The notes under the pieces were generated by a model. The model was not told the origin of the DNA, made no database searches, and saw nothing but the letters and a program-made list of their open reading frames with translations. The translations under genes and the position numbers were made by a program. A stretch of 61,094 nucleotides of DNA, filler included. It is 4 parts of 4 records of this genome, joined end to end, with 100 filler letters (N's around TTAATTAATTAA, not from the genome) between each part and the next. Parts side by side here need not be neighbours in the genome. Positions count along the whole stretch, not along the records: positions 50,841 to 61,094 come from DRR723986_6751; 3 more parts are not named here. One strand, 5' to 3'. This document shows positions 50,741-59,543 of this stretch, one piece after another. Within the stretch, counting starts at the first letter, position 1; each line of letters begins with the position of its first letter.

Positions 50741-50840
50741 NNNNNNNNNNNNNNNNNNNNNNNNNNNNNNNNNNNNNNNNNNNNTTAATTAATTAANNNN
50801 NNNNNNNNNNNNNNNNNNNNNNNNNNNNNNNNNNNNNNNN
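50741..50840. other. Artificial contig linker
   Basis: N-run, TTAATTAATTAA, N-run. Confidence 0.99.
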
Positions 50841-50930
50841 AAACAAGCCAGCCACCGAACGGAGTGAGAGAGGCGCAAGCGCTCAAACCATTCATATAAA
50901 TGCCCGCCAGCCCCACCACCCCAAAACAAA

Positions 50931-50962
50931 AAACACCTGCCGAAAACGAATCGACAGGTGTT
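50931..50962 (-). terminator. Putative terminator after the Fe-S oxidoreductase gene
   Basis: AACACCTG...CAGGTGTT with A-run on the + strand. Confidence 0.6.
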
Positions 50963-51006
50963 GAGTGTTTGATGCAAAGCAGCGCTGAACGCTAAACTCT
51001 AATAGC

Positions 51007-53043
51007 CTAGTTGTTGCGTTTGACGCTCTCCAGAACGATCTCCGCAACGTCCTTGACCGCGATGGTCTCGGCCTTGTCCTGCGACTTCACGCCGTCGGAC
51101 ATCATCTGCATGCAGAATGGACAGTTGACCGCGATGGTCTCCGCGCCCGTGTCCAGAAGCTCGGCTGTGCGGACTTCGTTGACGCGCTCGCCCTCAGTTT
51201 CCTCCATGAACATGCGGCCACCACCGGCACCACAACAGAAACCTTTGTCCTTGGAACGCTTGGCTTCCAGAATTTCCAGTCCGGGAACCTTGAGCAGCGT
51301 GTCCCGCGGAGCCTCGTATTCCTCGTTGTAGCGGCCCAGATAACAGGAATCGTGATAAGCCACGGCGTCCTGCGTGACGGCGTCGCTGGCATATTCGAGT
51401 TTGCCGCGTTCGCTCAGTTCGCGAATGTACTGCGTGTGGTGGATGACTTCGTAGTTGCCACCCAGCTCCGGATATTCGTTTTTGAGCGTGTTGTAACAGT
51501 GCGGACAGGTCGTGACGACCTTTTTGATATTGTAATTATTGAGCGTCTCAACGTTGGTTTTGATGAGCATGTCGGCCAGGTATTCGTTACCGATACGACG
51601 TGCGGGATCGCCCGTGCACTGCTCTTCCGTACCCAGGATGCGGAAGTTGATGCCCGCAATCTGCATGAGTTCGGCAAAAGCGCGTGAGGTCTTTTTGGCG
51701 CGTTCGTCGTAGCTGCCGGCACAGCCAACCCAGAAGAGAACATCCAGATCCTGGTCCTCGGCGACGGTTTTAATGTCGAGGTCTTCAGCCCAGTCGGCGC
51801 GCTCGGAGGCGGCAAATGCCCATGGCGTTGCGTTATTTTCCAGATTGTCGAGAGCTACCTGCGCTTCGGCGGGGAAGTCGGCTTCCATCATGACCAGCGA
51901 GCGGCGCATATCGACAATTGCCGGGACGTGTTCGATCATGACGGGGCATTCGCGCATGCAGGCACCACAGGTGGTACACTGCCAGAGCGCTTCCTTGGAG
52001 ACGTAATCGCCAATCAGCGACTTTTCGTCGCTGGCGAGCGTTACTTCCTCGGCGCTTTCCTCACCTTCGGCGGCAGTGCCGTTGGTGGCTTTGGCTTCGA
52101 TGAGTTCGGGTGCGCGGTCCATTGTACGCTCGTTAATCGCGACAATAATGGCGCGCGGATCGAGTACCTTGCCGGTTGTGTTGGCAGGGCAGACGCTGGT
52201 GCAGCGGCCGCAATGTGTACATGTATACCCGTCGAGGAGGGTTTTCCAGGTAAAATCTTCGATGTCAACAACACCAAACTTCTCGGCGTCTTCATCCTCA
52301 AAGTCCATGGCCTTGAGTTTATTCGGCGGGTCGAGCGGCCCCAGGAACACGTTCGGCACCGAAGTGAGGACGTGCAGGTGTTTGGAGTAGGGCAGGTAAT
52401 TCATAAAGCCCAAAATCAGGACGATGTGAATCCACCAGCAGACTTCAAAAACAATCGGCGCGGCGTCTGCCGAAATCAATCCGGCGAGCAATTCGCCAAC
52501 CGGGCGCACAGCCCAGCTGAAGTCGGCACCCATGGAGATGCGTGCCGTGTTCTGCAGGAGCAGCGAAGTGACGATCGAAAAGATCGTAAGCAGGATCATT
52601 CCGGCCTCGCGGGCTTCGGACTTATCGCCCTGCAGGCGCTTGACCTTGGTGATGTAACGTCGCCACAGCGCCATTGCCGTGGCCAGGATAATCAGGGCAC
52701 AGAACAGATCCGTCAAGACTGTGATGGCCGAATAAATCGGTCCGAGCCAGTTCAGATGCAGCGAGTGGGAGATACCTTCCAGAATCGCCTCAACGGCGGA
52801 AGCCAGAAGAATCAGGAATCCCCAAAAAATACCGGCGTGGATTGGGCCGGCGGTTTTGTCTCGCAGAATGCGCGTCTGGAAGAGCGCGACTGTAATGGCT
52901 TGTTTGACTCGTTTGCCGATTTCGCCGAAGCGATTTTCACTCTGTGCCAGCTTCAAATATGCCAGCAGGCGATTTACGTTCCATGCGTGGAACGCAAATG
53001 CAGCCAGGAGAATCGGAATGAATACTAAACTCTTGACGTCCAT
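51007..53043 (-). CDS. Membrane-bound Fe-S oxidoreductase (FadF / HdrD-GlpC-like, CCG domains)
   Basis: N-terminal TM helices, CTHCGRCTSVCP, CTTCGACMRECP, YHDSCYLGRYN, CCGAGGG, CPFC. Confidence 0.92.
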   Translation of the reverse strand: MDVKSLVFIPILLAAFAFHAWNVNRLLAYLKLAQSENRFGEIGKRVKQAITVALFQTRILRDKTAGPIHAGIFWGFLILLASAVEAILEGISHSLHLNWLGPIYSAITVLTDLFCALIILATAMALWRRYITKVKRLQGDKSEAREAGMILLTIFSIVTSLLLQNTARISMGADFSWAVRPVGELLAGLISADAAPIVFEVCWWIHIVLILGFMNYLPYSKHLHVLTSVPNVFLGPLDPPNKLKAMDFEDEDAEKFGVVDIEDFTWKTLLDGYTCTHCGRCTSVCPANTTGKVLDPRAIIVAINERTMDRAPELIEAKATNGTAAEGEESAEEVTLASDEKSLIGDYVSKEALWQCTTCGACMRECPVMIEHVPAIVDMRRSLVMMEADFPAEAQVALDNLENNATPWAFAASERADWAEDLDIKTVAEDQDLDVLFWVGCAGSYDERAKKTSRAFAELMQIAGINFRILGTEEQCTGDPARRIGNEYLADMLIKTNVETLNNYNIKKVVTTCPHCYNTLKNEYPELGGNYEVIHHTQYIRELSERGKLEYASDAVTQDAVAYHDSCYLGRYNEEYEAPRDTLLKVPGLEILEAKRSKDKGFCCGAGGGRMFMEETEGERVNEVRTAELLDTGAETIAVNCPFCMQMMSDGVKSQDKAETIAVKDVAEIVLESVKRNN

Positions 53044-53315
53044 GTTACCCCGAAATACTGTGACGTTACGCTATGCGGACACCCGTAATCCGCAAATTTA
53101 GCATAATGGGCCGCGTTTGCCAAGAACGCCGCCAAGGAAGGCCTTGCATATTTATAGAAGCACGGACTCCAGGGGCCGCCTGTCGCGCGGCGCGGCCTGC
53201 AGATATTTATTCTCCGATTTTGCGGAATTTCTTGCCGAAAACCTGACCAATTGATTCAAAGCCGGGCGCGTGAGTCCAGTGAATACAACTCTGCAGGGCA
53301 ACACGCAGACAACTC

Positions 53316-53924
53316 TCAAAAGTTGAGGCGCAGTCCGAGCCCGTTAACCTGCGGGGCATAGTGCAGCTGCGCACCAAGATCATCACTGACGTCAAAATAG
53401 AAGAGGTGCGCGCCAACATATGCGTCGAGGGTGGCAACCAGATAGGTTAGCAGCAGGTAGAGGCCGGCCTCGTCGCGACGGTCGCGATATAACTCGCGTT
53501 CGCGGCGCAGGAGGAAGAGTCGGCTGTCGTCCTCATCCAGCCCGGCAATCTGGTCCTTGGCGTCGTTAAACTTGGTGTTGTTATCGATGATGCGATAGGT
53601 GAAAAATCCGGCCGCGCCGAGCACCACCGGGACTTTCCAATAGTCTTCAACATAGTACTGGCCCCAGCCCGGCAAAACAATTGAGCGCCAAACGGCGCCG
53701 CCGGGCGTGATTTCGGGTTCGCCGTCCGCGTCCTTGGCATCAAAGGTGATTTCCGCGTTTGTGCCGTCCGTCTGAATCGGCAGCGTCGGCTGAAACGTCG
53801 GCCGGTCCTGCACCGTCGAAATTGTATCCACAGCCACGGAGTCGCGCACAGGCGCTTGTTGCGCGTTGAGTTCCAGGCTACAAAGCAGCAAGATTGCCAA
53901 AGCCATTAGCCTGATAGTCGTCAT
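53316..53924 (-). CDS. DUF5683-like exported/membrane protein
   Basis: Signal peptide, RSIVLPGWGQYY..YWKVP, DAYVGAHL..FDVS. Confidence 0.75.
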   Translation of the reverse strand: MTTIRLMALAILLLCSLELNAQQAPVRDSVAVDTISTVQDRPTFQPTLPIQTDGTNAEITFDAKDADGEPEITPGGAVWRSIVLPGWGQYYVEDYWKVPVVLGAAGFFTYRIIDNNTKFNDAKDQIAGLDEDDSRLFLLRRERELYRDRRDEAGLYLLLTYLVATLDAYVGAHLFYFDVSDDLGAQLHYAPQVNGLGLRLNF

Positions 53925-54060
53925 GGGCAAGCCGGATTGAAGCGGCAAAAATGGCATTAGTGCAGCCGACAATCTTCCGCAGCCTTTATGCCGCTGAAAA
54001 CGCTGGTTGGAATGTTTTGCGCGAAACTGAGTCAAAAGTCTAAAGTGTTTGAGCATGTAA

Positions 54061-54444
54061 TCAGCGAACGGCTATCGCTTCGATTTCAACGCGTACATCC
54101 TTGGGCAGCCGGGATACCTGAATGGTGGCACGCGCCGGTTTACTTTCGTTGAAATATTCGGCATACACGTCGTTCATCGCCTTGAAGTCATTCATATCCT
54201 GCAGGTAGACGGTAGTTTTTACGACCTGATTCAGGTCGTAACCGCCGGCTTCCAGGATGGCGCGCAGGTTGTCCAGAACGCGACGTGTTTGTGCGCTGAT
54301 TTCGTGTGAGACGATTTCGCCGCGGATGTTCATGGGAATCTGGCCCGAGATAAACAGCATTTCACCCTGGGTGCGGATAGCTTGGGAGTAAGGGCCGATT
54401 GGAGCGGGAGCCTGGTCGCTCATGATAACTTCACGATAAGACAT
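54061..54444 (-). CDS. ridA: RidA family enamine/imine deaminase
   Basis: [33 protein letters not shown]. Confidence 0.95.
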   Translation of the reverse strand: MSYREVIMSDQAPAPIGPYSQAIRTQGEMLFISGQIPMNIRGEIVSHEISAQTRRVLDNLRAILEAGGYDLNQVVKTTVYLQDMNDFKAMNDVYAEYFNESKPARATIQVSRLPKDVRVEIEAIAVR

Positions 54445-54504
54445 TTGTACGCCTTTAAGATTCTCTAAATGGATTGATTCAGTCTGAAGTAGCCGAATTG
54501 AGAA

Positions 54505-55524
54505 TTATTTGTTGGTCGCCTGCGCCAGCCAGGCCGCGCCGAGGACGCCGGCACCGGCACCAAATGCAGCGATGCGAATCTCAGCATATTTGGCGATGCT
54601 GGGCAGGGCGCGTTTCGCCAGAGTCAGGCGCGCAGCCTGCAGCATCGCGGGATGCACCTGTGAGATTCCGCCGCCGATAACAACATGTGTGAGTCCCAGT
54701 AAATTCAGGGCGGAGGCAATGCCAATGCCCAGGACTGCGCCGACTTCGCGCAGGCAGCGCAATGCCGCCTCATCACCGGCGGCGGCAGCCATTGAGATAT
54801 CGCGCACATCAAAGTCGGGCGCGCGGCTCAGGCCATCGCCCTTGGATTCACTGCCGCTTTGGCTATTGGTTTGAGGCTGAGCGTCTGCGGGTTTGAAGCC
54901 CAGGGCCTGGGCGCGGCGCAGGATTCCGGCGCGGCCCACAAATTCTTCGAGTGTACCGGCATGCCAGTCGGCTTTGTCAGCGCCGGCAGTCTGCATGTCG
55001 GCCCGTACAATTGTATAACCAATCTCACCTGCGCCGCCGCGTTCGCCGCGCAGCAAAGTTTTGTCGTATATGATTGCAGCGCCAACGCCGGTGCCCAGTG
55101 TGACGTACAACATGTTCTGCAGATCGTTTCCGGCGCCGGCATGTAATTCTGCGAGGGCGGCCGTATTGGCATCATTTTCAAGGAATATTGGAATTGGGCA
55201 TTCGGCCTGCAATTCCCGCTGCAGGGGCACATCCACCCAGCCTTTGAGGTTTGGCGCCTGCAGGACCACCTGCGTCACTGGGTCGACCGGGCCGGGGACG
55301 CCGATACCTACGGCGCGCAGCTCGGGACTTTTGGCGCGGCATTCCGCAATAATATCGCGGACTTGCTGGATTACAGCGGCCGGGCCGGCATCCGCCTGAG
55401 TGGGCACGGCAAAGGTTTCTTCCAGGTCACCCTGCAGCGCACCGGCGCGTTGGCCGACGCGCATCAGCGCATATTTGATACTGGTTCCGCCGATGTCAAT
55501 TCCGGCGAAGATTCCTGTCTGCAT
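54505..55524 (-). CDS. ROK family sugar kinase
   Basis: DIGGT, GIGVPG, ENDANTAALAE, TLGTGVG, GEIG. Confidence 0.9.
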   Translation of the reverse strand: MQTGIFAGIDIGGTSIKYALMRVGQRAGALQGDLEETFAVPTQADAGPAAVIQQVRDIIAECRAKSPELRAVGIGVPGPVDPVTQVVLQAPNLKGWVDVPLQRELQAECPIPIFLENDANTAALAELHAGAGNDLQNMLYVTLGTGVGAAIIYDKTLLRGERGGAGEIGYTIVRADMQTAGADKADWHAGTLEEFVGRAGILRRAQALGFKPADAQPQTNSQSGSESKGDGLSRAPDFDVRDISMAAAAGDEAALRCLREVGAVLGIGIASALNLLGLTHVVIGGGISQVHPAMLQAARLTLAKRALPSIAKYAEIRIAAFGAGAGVLGAAWLAQATNK

Positions 55525-55544
55525 CTGGACTCAAAAATTTGGGG

Positions 55545-55877
55545 TTAATCTTCTTGCGGCTGTTCCAGCAGGTAGACGCGCTCACCGGGGCGTATCATCC
55601 CAAAACGCTCACGCGCCAGGCGTTCAATAAACAGCGTGTCGGTGTTGAGGCGTTTGATCTCCGCCTGCAAACTGTCACGCCGCACCGCCGCAGCCTGCAT
55701 GCGTTCATGCAGCTCAGCGTGTTCCATTTCCAGGCGCAGACGTGAGCCCAGGCCGTAGCTGGAAAAAATCAGGAATCCCACTAGTGGGACCAAAACCGCA
55801 GCCGCCAGGATCAGTCGCCGCCGTTTCTGGCGCCGTCTGAAACTTTCAGGCGATGGGGGAGCAGAAGCTTTAGCCAT
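55545..55877 (-). CDS. ftsB: Septum formation initiator (FtsB/DivIC family)
   Basis: TM helix, coiled coil, IERLARERFGMIRPGERVY. Confidence 0.88.
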   Translation of the reverse strand: MAKASAPPSPESFRRRQKRRRLILAAAVLVPLVGFLIFSSYGLGSRLRLEMEHAELHERMQAAAVRRDSLQAEIKRLNTDTLFIERLARERFGMIRPGERVYLLEQPQED

Positions 55878-56004
55878 CAGGAGGCGTGTGCTTTATTATG
55901 GATGGAGTAGCTGCCGGGAGCGAATTGCAGAACTCGAAAAATAGCAATTTTTGGCTACATTTGCGGTTGCTTTCGGCAGCTTACGAGTAAAGTGATAAAA
56001 GTTT

Positions 56005-56469
56005 ATGCACGATGAGAGTTCACCAGAAGAGCGCCGCGGCCTCCTCAAAAACATCCTGCGCGGAGCATTGGCGCTTGTAGCCCTGCCCTTTCCATATGTG
56101 AGCTTCAAATATTTGAAGCCGCAGACCAGCCGCCGCAAAATGCAAGCACTGGAACTGGGATCCGCAGAACTGCTGCCACCAGGGAAATATCGCCGCATTA
56201 AATATGGTGAACGCCCTGTAGGTGTCATGCGCCGTCAGGACGGCAAGTTGCGTGCCTTTGACCTGCGTTGCACACATGCCGGCTGCGTCGTTAACTGGGA
56301 TAACAGGAATACGTTTCAATGCCCCTGTCACGGCGGCGCTTTTGATGCAAATGGACAGGTCACATCCCTGCCGCCTGAGCGTCCCCTGACGCGCCTGGAA
56401 ATTGTTGAAGCCGACGGCAAAATTGTTCTGCATGACGTCGAAATTGATCCTGCTGCGGGTGATGTATGA
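56005..56469 (+). CDS. Rieske 2Fe-2S protein (Rieske/cytochrome b type)
   Basis: Tat-like RRGLLK plus TM helix, CTHAGC, CPCHGG. Confidence 0.93.
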   Translation: MHDESSPEERRGLLKNILRGALALVALPFPYVSFKYLKPQTSRRKMQALELGSAELLPPGKYRRIKYGERPVGVMRRQDGKLRAFDLRCTHAGCVVNWDNRNTFQCPCHGGAFDANGQVTSLPPERPLTRLEIVEADGKIVLHDVEIDPAAGDV

Positions 56470-58043
56470 GTGCTGCCGCCAATGAGCCGGTTGCCCCAGG
56501 GAATCAGCCCGGCCCCTTCCTGCAGGCCATCAGTACGCTGGTCGGGTCTGCGTCTTCAACTCCCGGCAGGTTAAACCTGCGGAGCAGCGCAATCCTCATC
56601 ATTGCCTTTCTTCTAACCAGCGCCGCCGTCAGCGGCATGTTCCTGCACGTCTTTTACCAGCCCTCGGCCGAAATCGAACTTGCACCGGATGGGCAAGCCT
56701 CGCCCTACCTGACGTATGAGCATCCAGACTTTGGCCGGCCGGCGGACCTCGATAAACTGAATGAGCGCCCAACTCTAGCGCTGACCGACACTCTGGTCGC
56801 CAGGCAGGAATCCGCAGGAGCTGTAGCCACAGATGCCTCGCTGGCTTTTCTTTCCGTTTGGCGTGAAATCGTCAGCGGCCAGCCCTACGGCGCTTACATA
56901 CGCCATGTTCATCGCCAATCGACGGGGCTGCTGTTCATTATACTACCGCTGTATCTGGTGTTTGTCCTGCTGGATATCGGCGCCGGTAAAAAAATTGCGG
57001 CCGTGCTCTATACGGCACTTGGCCTGTGTGTGCTTGTATTATTGATGGGGTTTAGCGGTTCACTGCTGACCTGGTCCATGGCCGCTAACTCGGCCGCTGC
57101 CGTGGCAGCTTCCTTCCTGAGTGAAGTTCCGCTGCTTGGTGATTCGCTGGCCGCCTTGTTCAGTGGCGGCTCATATGTTGGCCGGCACACGCTTGGGCGT
57201 GCATTTTCACTACACACAGCCTGGATTCCGGTCTTGATTCTGGCGCTGGTGATTGGTCGGATTCTAACTAAGGGGCCAAATAACGAAAAGTCAGACGCCT
57301 CGAATGCGCTACAGTCGCGCTGGATAGTTTTCGGCTTGTTGCTTGTTGGCCTGGTCTGTCTGGTCTACCAATTTGTCTTTTCCGGCTTCGGCGCTGCGGC
57401 ATTTGCGCAGTCTGCGGCTAACATTTGTGTCACACTGGCTCTGAGTTCAATTTTATCGCGGCGTCTGCCGGAGCTTAGGAACACCCGACTTCAAAACTCA
57501 GATCGCGTCAAACACTTTGCGCTGAGCGCCGGAACCCTGTTGGGACTTGTAGCGTTTGGCCTCTTTCTGCAGTCTGCCACTCCCTCGGTTGAGGCTGTTG
57601 GCGAATTGATTGCAGCCGAACAGGGTTTTACGCCTGGCTACATGCAAACGCTGGAGCCGGCCTGGTTTTTGGCTCCGCTTAAATCGGCTGCGAGCATGAC
57701 TTCGGGCGGGTTAGGCGCGGCGATTTTACTGATCGGTGCCATCGTAATTATGCTCTATCCCTGGGTACTGCGACTCAAAGCTCTGCGAATTGCGGCTTCG
57801 CTGGTTCTACTAATACTCCTGGGGCTTGCGGCAGTCTATATTGTTCTGGGCATGTTTTTTGGTGCCGCTTTTGGCACTTGGAACGGAATGGTTTTGGTAT
57901 TGCCGACGCTACCCAACGCCGAAGCCTGGATGCTGCCGTTATTTATGGCGCTGCTCTCGCTGGTGATCGCAGCTGTCTGCCACGGCCTGAATCACATGTT
58001 GTTGCAGCAACAACTCGATGCAGCCGAAGCGACAACAAATTGA
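56466..58043 (+). CDS. Divergent cytochrome b/b6 fused to a subunit IV-like region
   Basis: SGMFL..FYQPS, IRHVHRQS, GFSGSLLTW, VPLLG, TLGRAFSLHT, PAWF; ATGA coupling to the Rieske gene. Confidence 0.82.
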   Translation: MSAAANEPVAPGNQPGPFLQAISTLVGSASSTPGRLNLRSSAILIIAFLLTSAAVSGMFLHVFYQPSAEIELAPDGQASPYLTYEHPDFGRPADLDKLNERPTLALTDTLVARQESAGAVATDASLAFLSVWREIVSGQPYGAYIRHVHRQSTGLLFIILPLYLVFVLLDIGAGKKIAAVLYTALGLCVLVLLMGFSGSLLTWSMAANSAAAVAASFLSEVPLLGDSLAALFSGGSYVGRHTLGRAFSLHTAWIPVLILALVIGRILTKGPNNEKSDASNALQSRWIVFGLLLVGLVCLVYQFVFSGFGAAAFAQSAANICVTLALSSILSRRLPELRNTRLQNSDRVKHFALSAGTLLGLVAFGLFLQSATPSVEAVGELIAAEQGFTPGYMQTLEPAWFLAPLKSAASMTSGGLGAAILLIGAIVIMLYPWVLRLKALRIAASLVLLILLGLAAVYIVLGMFFGAAFGTWNGMVLVLPTLPNAEAWMLPLFMALLSLVIAAVCHGLNHMLLQQQLDAAEATTN

Positions 58044-58123
58044 TCTGTGTCTTGGCATTGACGCAGTGAATCGACAAATTCAACTCAGCGCAAAACAAAA
58101 ATCCTCTTAAAGGGAAATACAGT

Positions 58124-59452
58124 ATGAAACGTGTCGTGATCATCGGGAATGGCATTGCCGGAGTTACTGCCGCGCGCTACATCCGCAAATACTCCGACTT
58201 TGAAATCCATATTGTATCGGCCGAGTCGGATCACTTCTATTCGCGCCCCGCACTCATGTATATTTACATGGGGCATATGAAGTATGAAAACACCAAACCC
58301 TACGAGGACTTCTTTTGGAAAAAGAATCGTATTAACCTGGTGCGCGACACCGTGACGAATATTGATACCGACGGCAAACGTTTAAGTCTGCACTCCGGCA
58401 GGCACATGGAATATGATGTGTTAATTATTGCCACGGGTTCCGCACCCAATAAATTTGGCTGGCCGGGACAGGATCTGGAAGGTGTGCAAGGCCTGTACTC
58501 GCTGCAGGACCTGGAGCTGATGGAACAGAATACTGTTAACATCGACCGCGGTGTAATTGTTGGCGGTGGTTTAATTGGTATTGAAGTTGCTGAGATGCTA
58601 CTCTCACGCGATATTCCTGTCACATTCCTGGTTCGTGAAGAAAAGTATTGGAATCGCGTGCTTCCCGAAGAAGAATCGGATATGGTCACGCGCCATATTT
58701 TTAAACATCATGTGGATCTGCGCCTGGGTGTTGAACTCAAGGAAATTCGGGGTGATGAGCGTGGCCGCGCGCGTTCCGTTATTACCAGCGAAGGTGACGA
58801 GATACAGAGCCAGTTCGTCGCTCTGACCGCCGGTGTTTACCCAAATATTGGATTTGTTAAAAACTCCAAAGTCGAATGTGGCCGCGGTGTGTTGGTTAAC
58901 GATTTCTTTGAGACTAACATTCCCGATGTTTATTCGATTGGCGACTGCGCCGAAATTAAAGTTGATGACCCCAACAGCCGCAACCGCCTGGAGCAGCTCT
59001 GGTACACGGGCCGCATGCATGGTGAGGTTGTTGCCGCAACGATTACGGGCACGCGCACGGAATATGATCGCGGTATCTGGTTTAACTCCGCCAAGTTTTT
59101 TGATATCGAATATCACACCTATGGCCTGGTGAACTTTAACACGCCGGGCGAAAAAAGTCTTTACTGGGAACATCCCGACGGCGAACGCTCAATCAGGATT
59201 GTGTACAATGACGAATGTGTGATCGGTTTTAACATGATGGGCATTCGTTATCGCCATGGAATCTGTGAAGAATGGATTCGCCATAAGTTAACAGTAGAAC
59301 AGGTGCTTAAACAGTTGCACAAAGCCAACTTCGATCCCGAGTTTTATGAACTCTTTGAAGACGAAGTTATCCGCCTGTACGTCCAGCAGCATCCGGGCTC
59401 GGATTTACGTCCGCGTAAAAAGTCTGGACTCAAAGCGATGCTGTTTGGTTAA
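58124..59452 (+). CDS. FAD-dependent pyridine nucleotide-disulfide oxidoreductase family protein
   Basis: GNGIAG, IATGS, GGGLIGIE, YSIGDCA. Confidence 0.9.
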   Translation: MKRVVIIGNGIAGVTAARYIRKYSDFEIHIVSAESDHFYSRPALMYIYMGHMKYENTKPYEDFFWKKNRINLVRDTVTNIDTDGKRLSLHSGRHMEYDVLIIATGSAPNKFGWPGQDLEGVQGLYSLQDLELMEQNTVNIDRGVIVGGGLIGIEVAEMLLSRDIPVTFLVREEKYWNRVLPEEESDMVTRHIFKHHVDLRLGVELKEIRGDERGRARSVITSEGDEIQSQFVALTAGVYPNIGFVKNSKVECGRGVLVNDFFETNIPDVYSIGDCAEIKVDDPNSRNRLEQLWYTGRMHGEVVAATITGTRTEYDRGIWFNSAKFFDIEYHTYGLVNFNTPGEKSLYWEHPDGERSIRIVYNDECVIGFNMMGIRYRHGICEEWIRHKLTVEQVLKQLHKANFDPEFYELFEDEVIRLYVQQHPGSDLRPRKKSGLKAMLFG

Positions 59453-59543
59453 TATGTTATGTGAGGTATGAAGGTCGCTTGCCGGTTCCCGGCGCTCTTT
59501 TGATTTTTTTGTTAGGCATTGATTGAGAAGTGTTAAATAAAAC

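Noticed and set aside
51928-53028. 366-aa + strand ORF
   Set aside because: Antisense to the Fe-S oxidoreductase.
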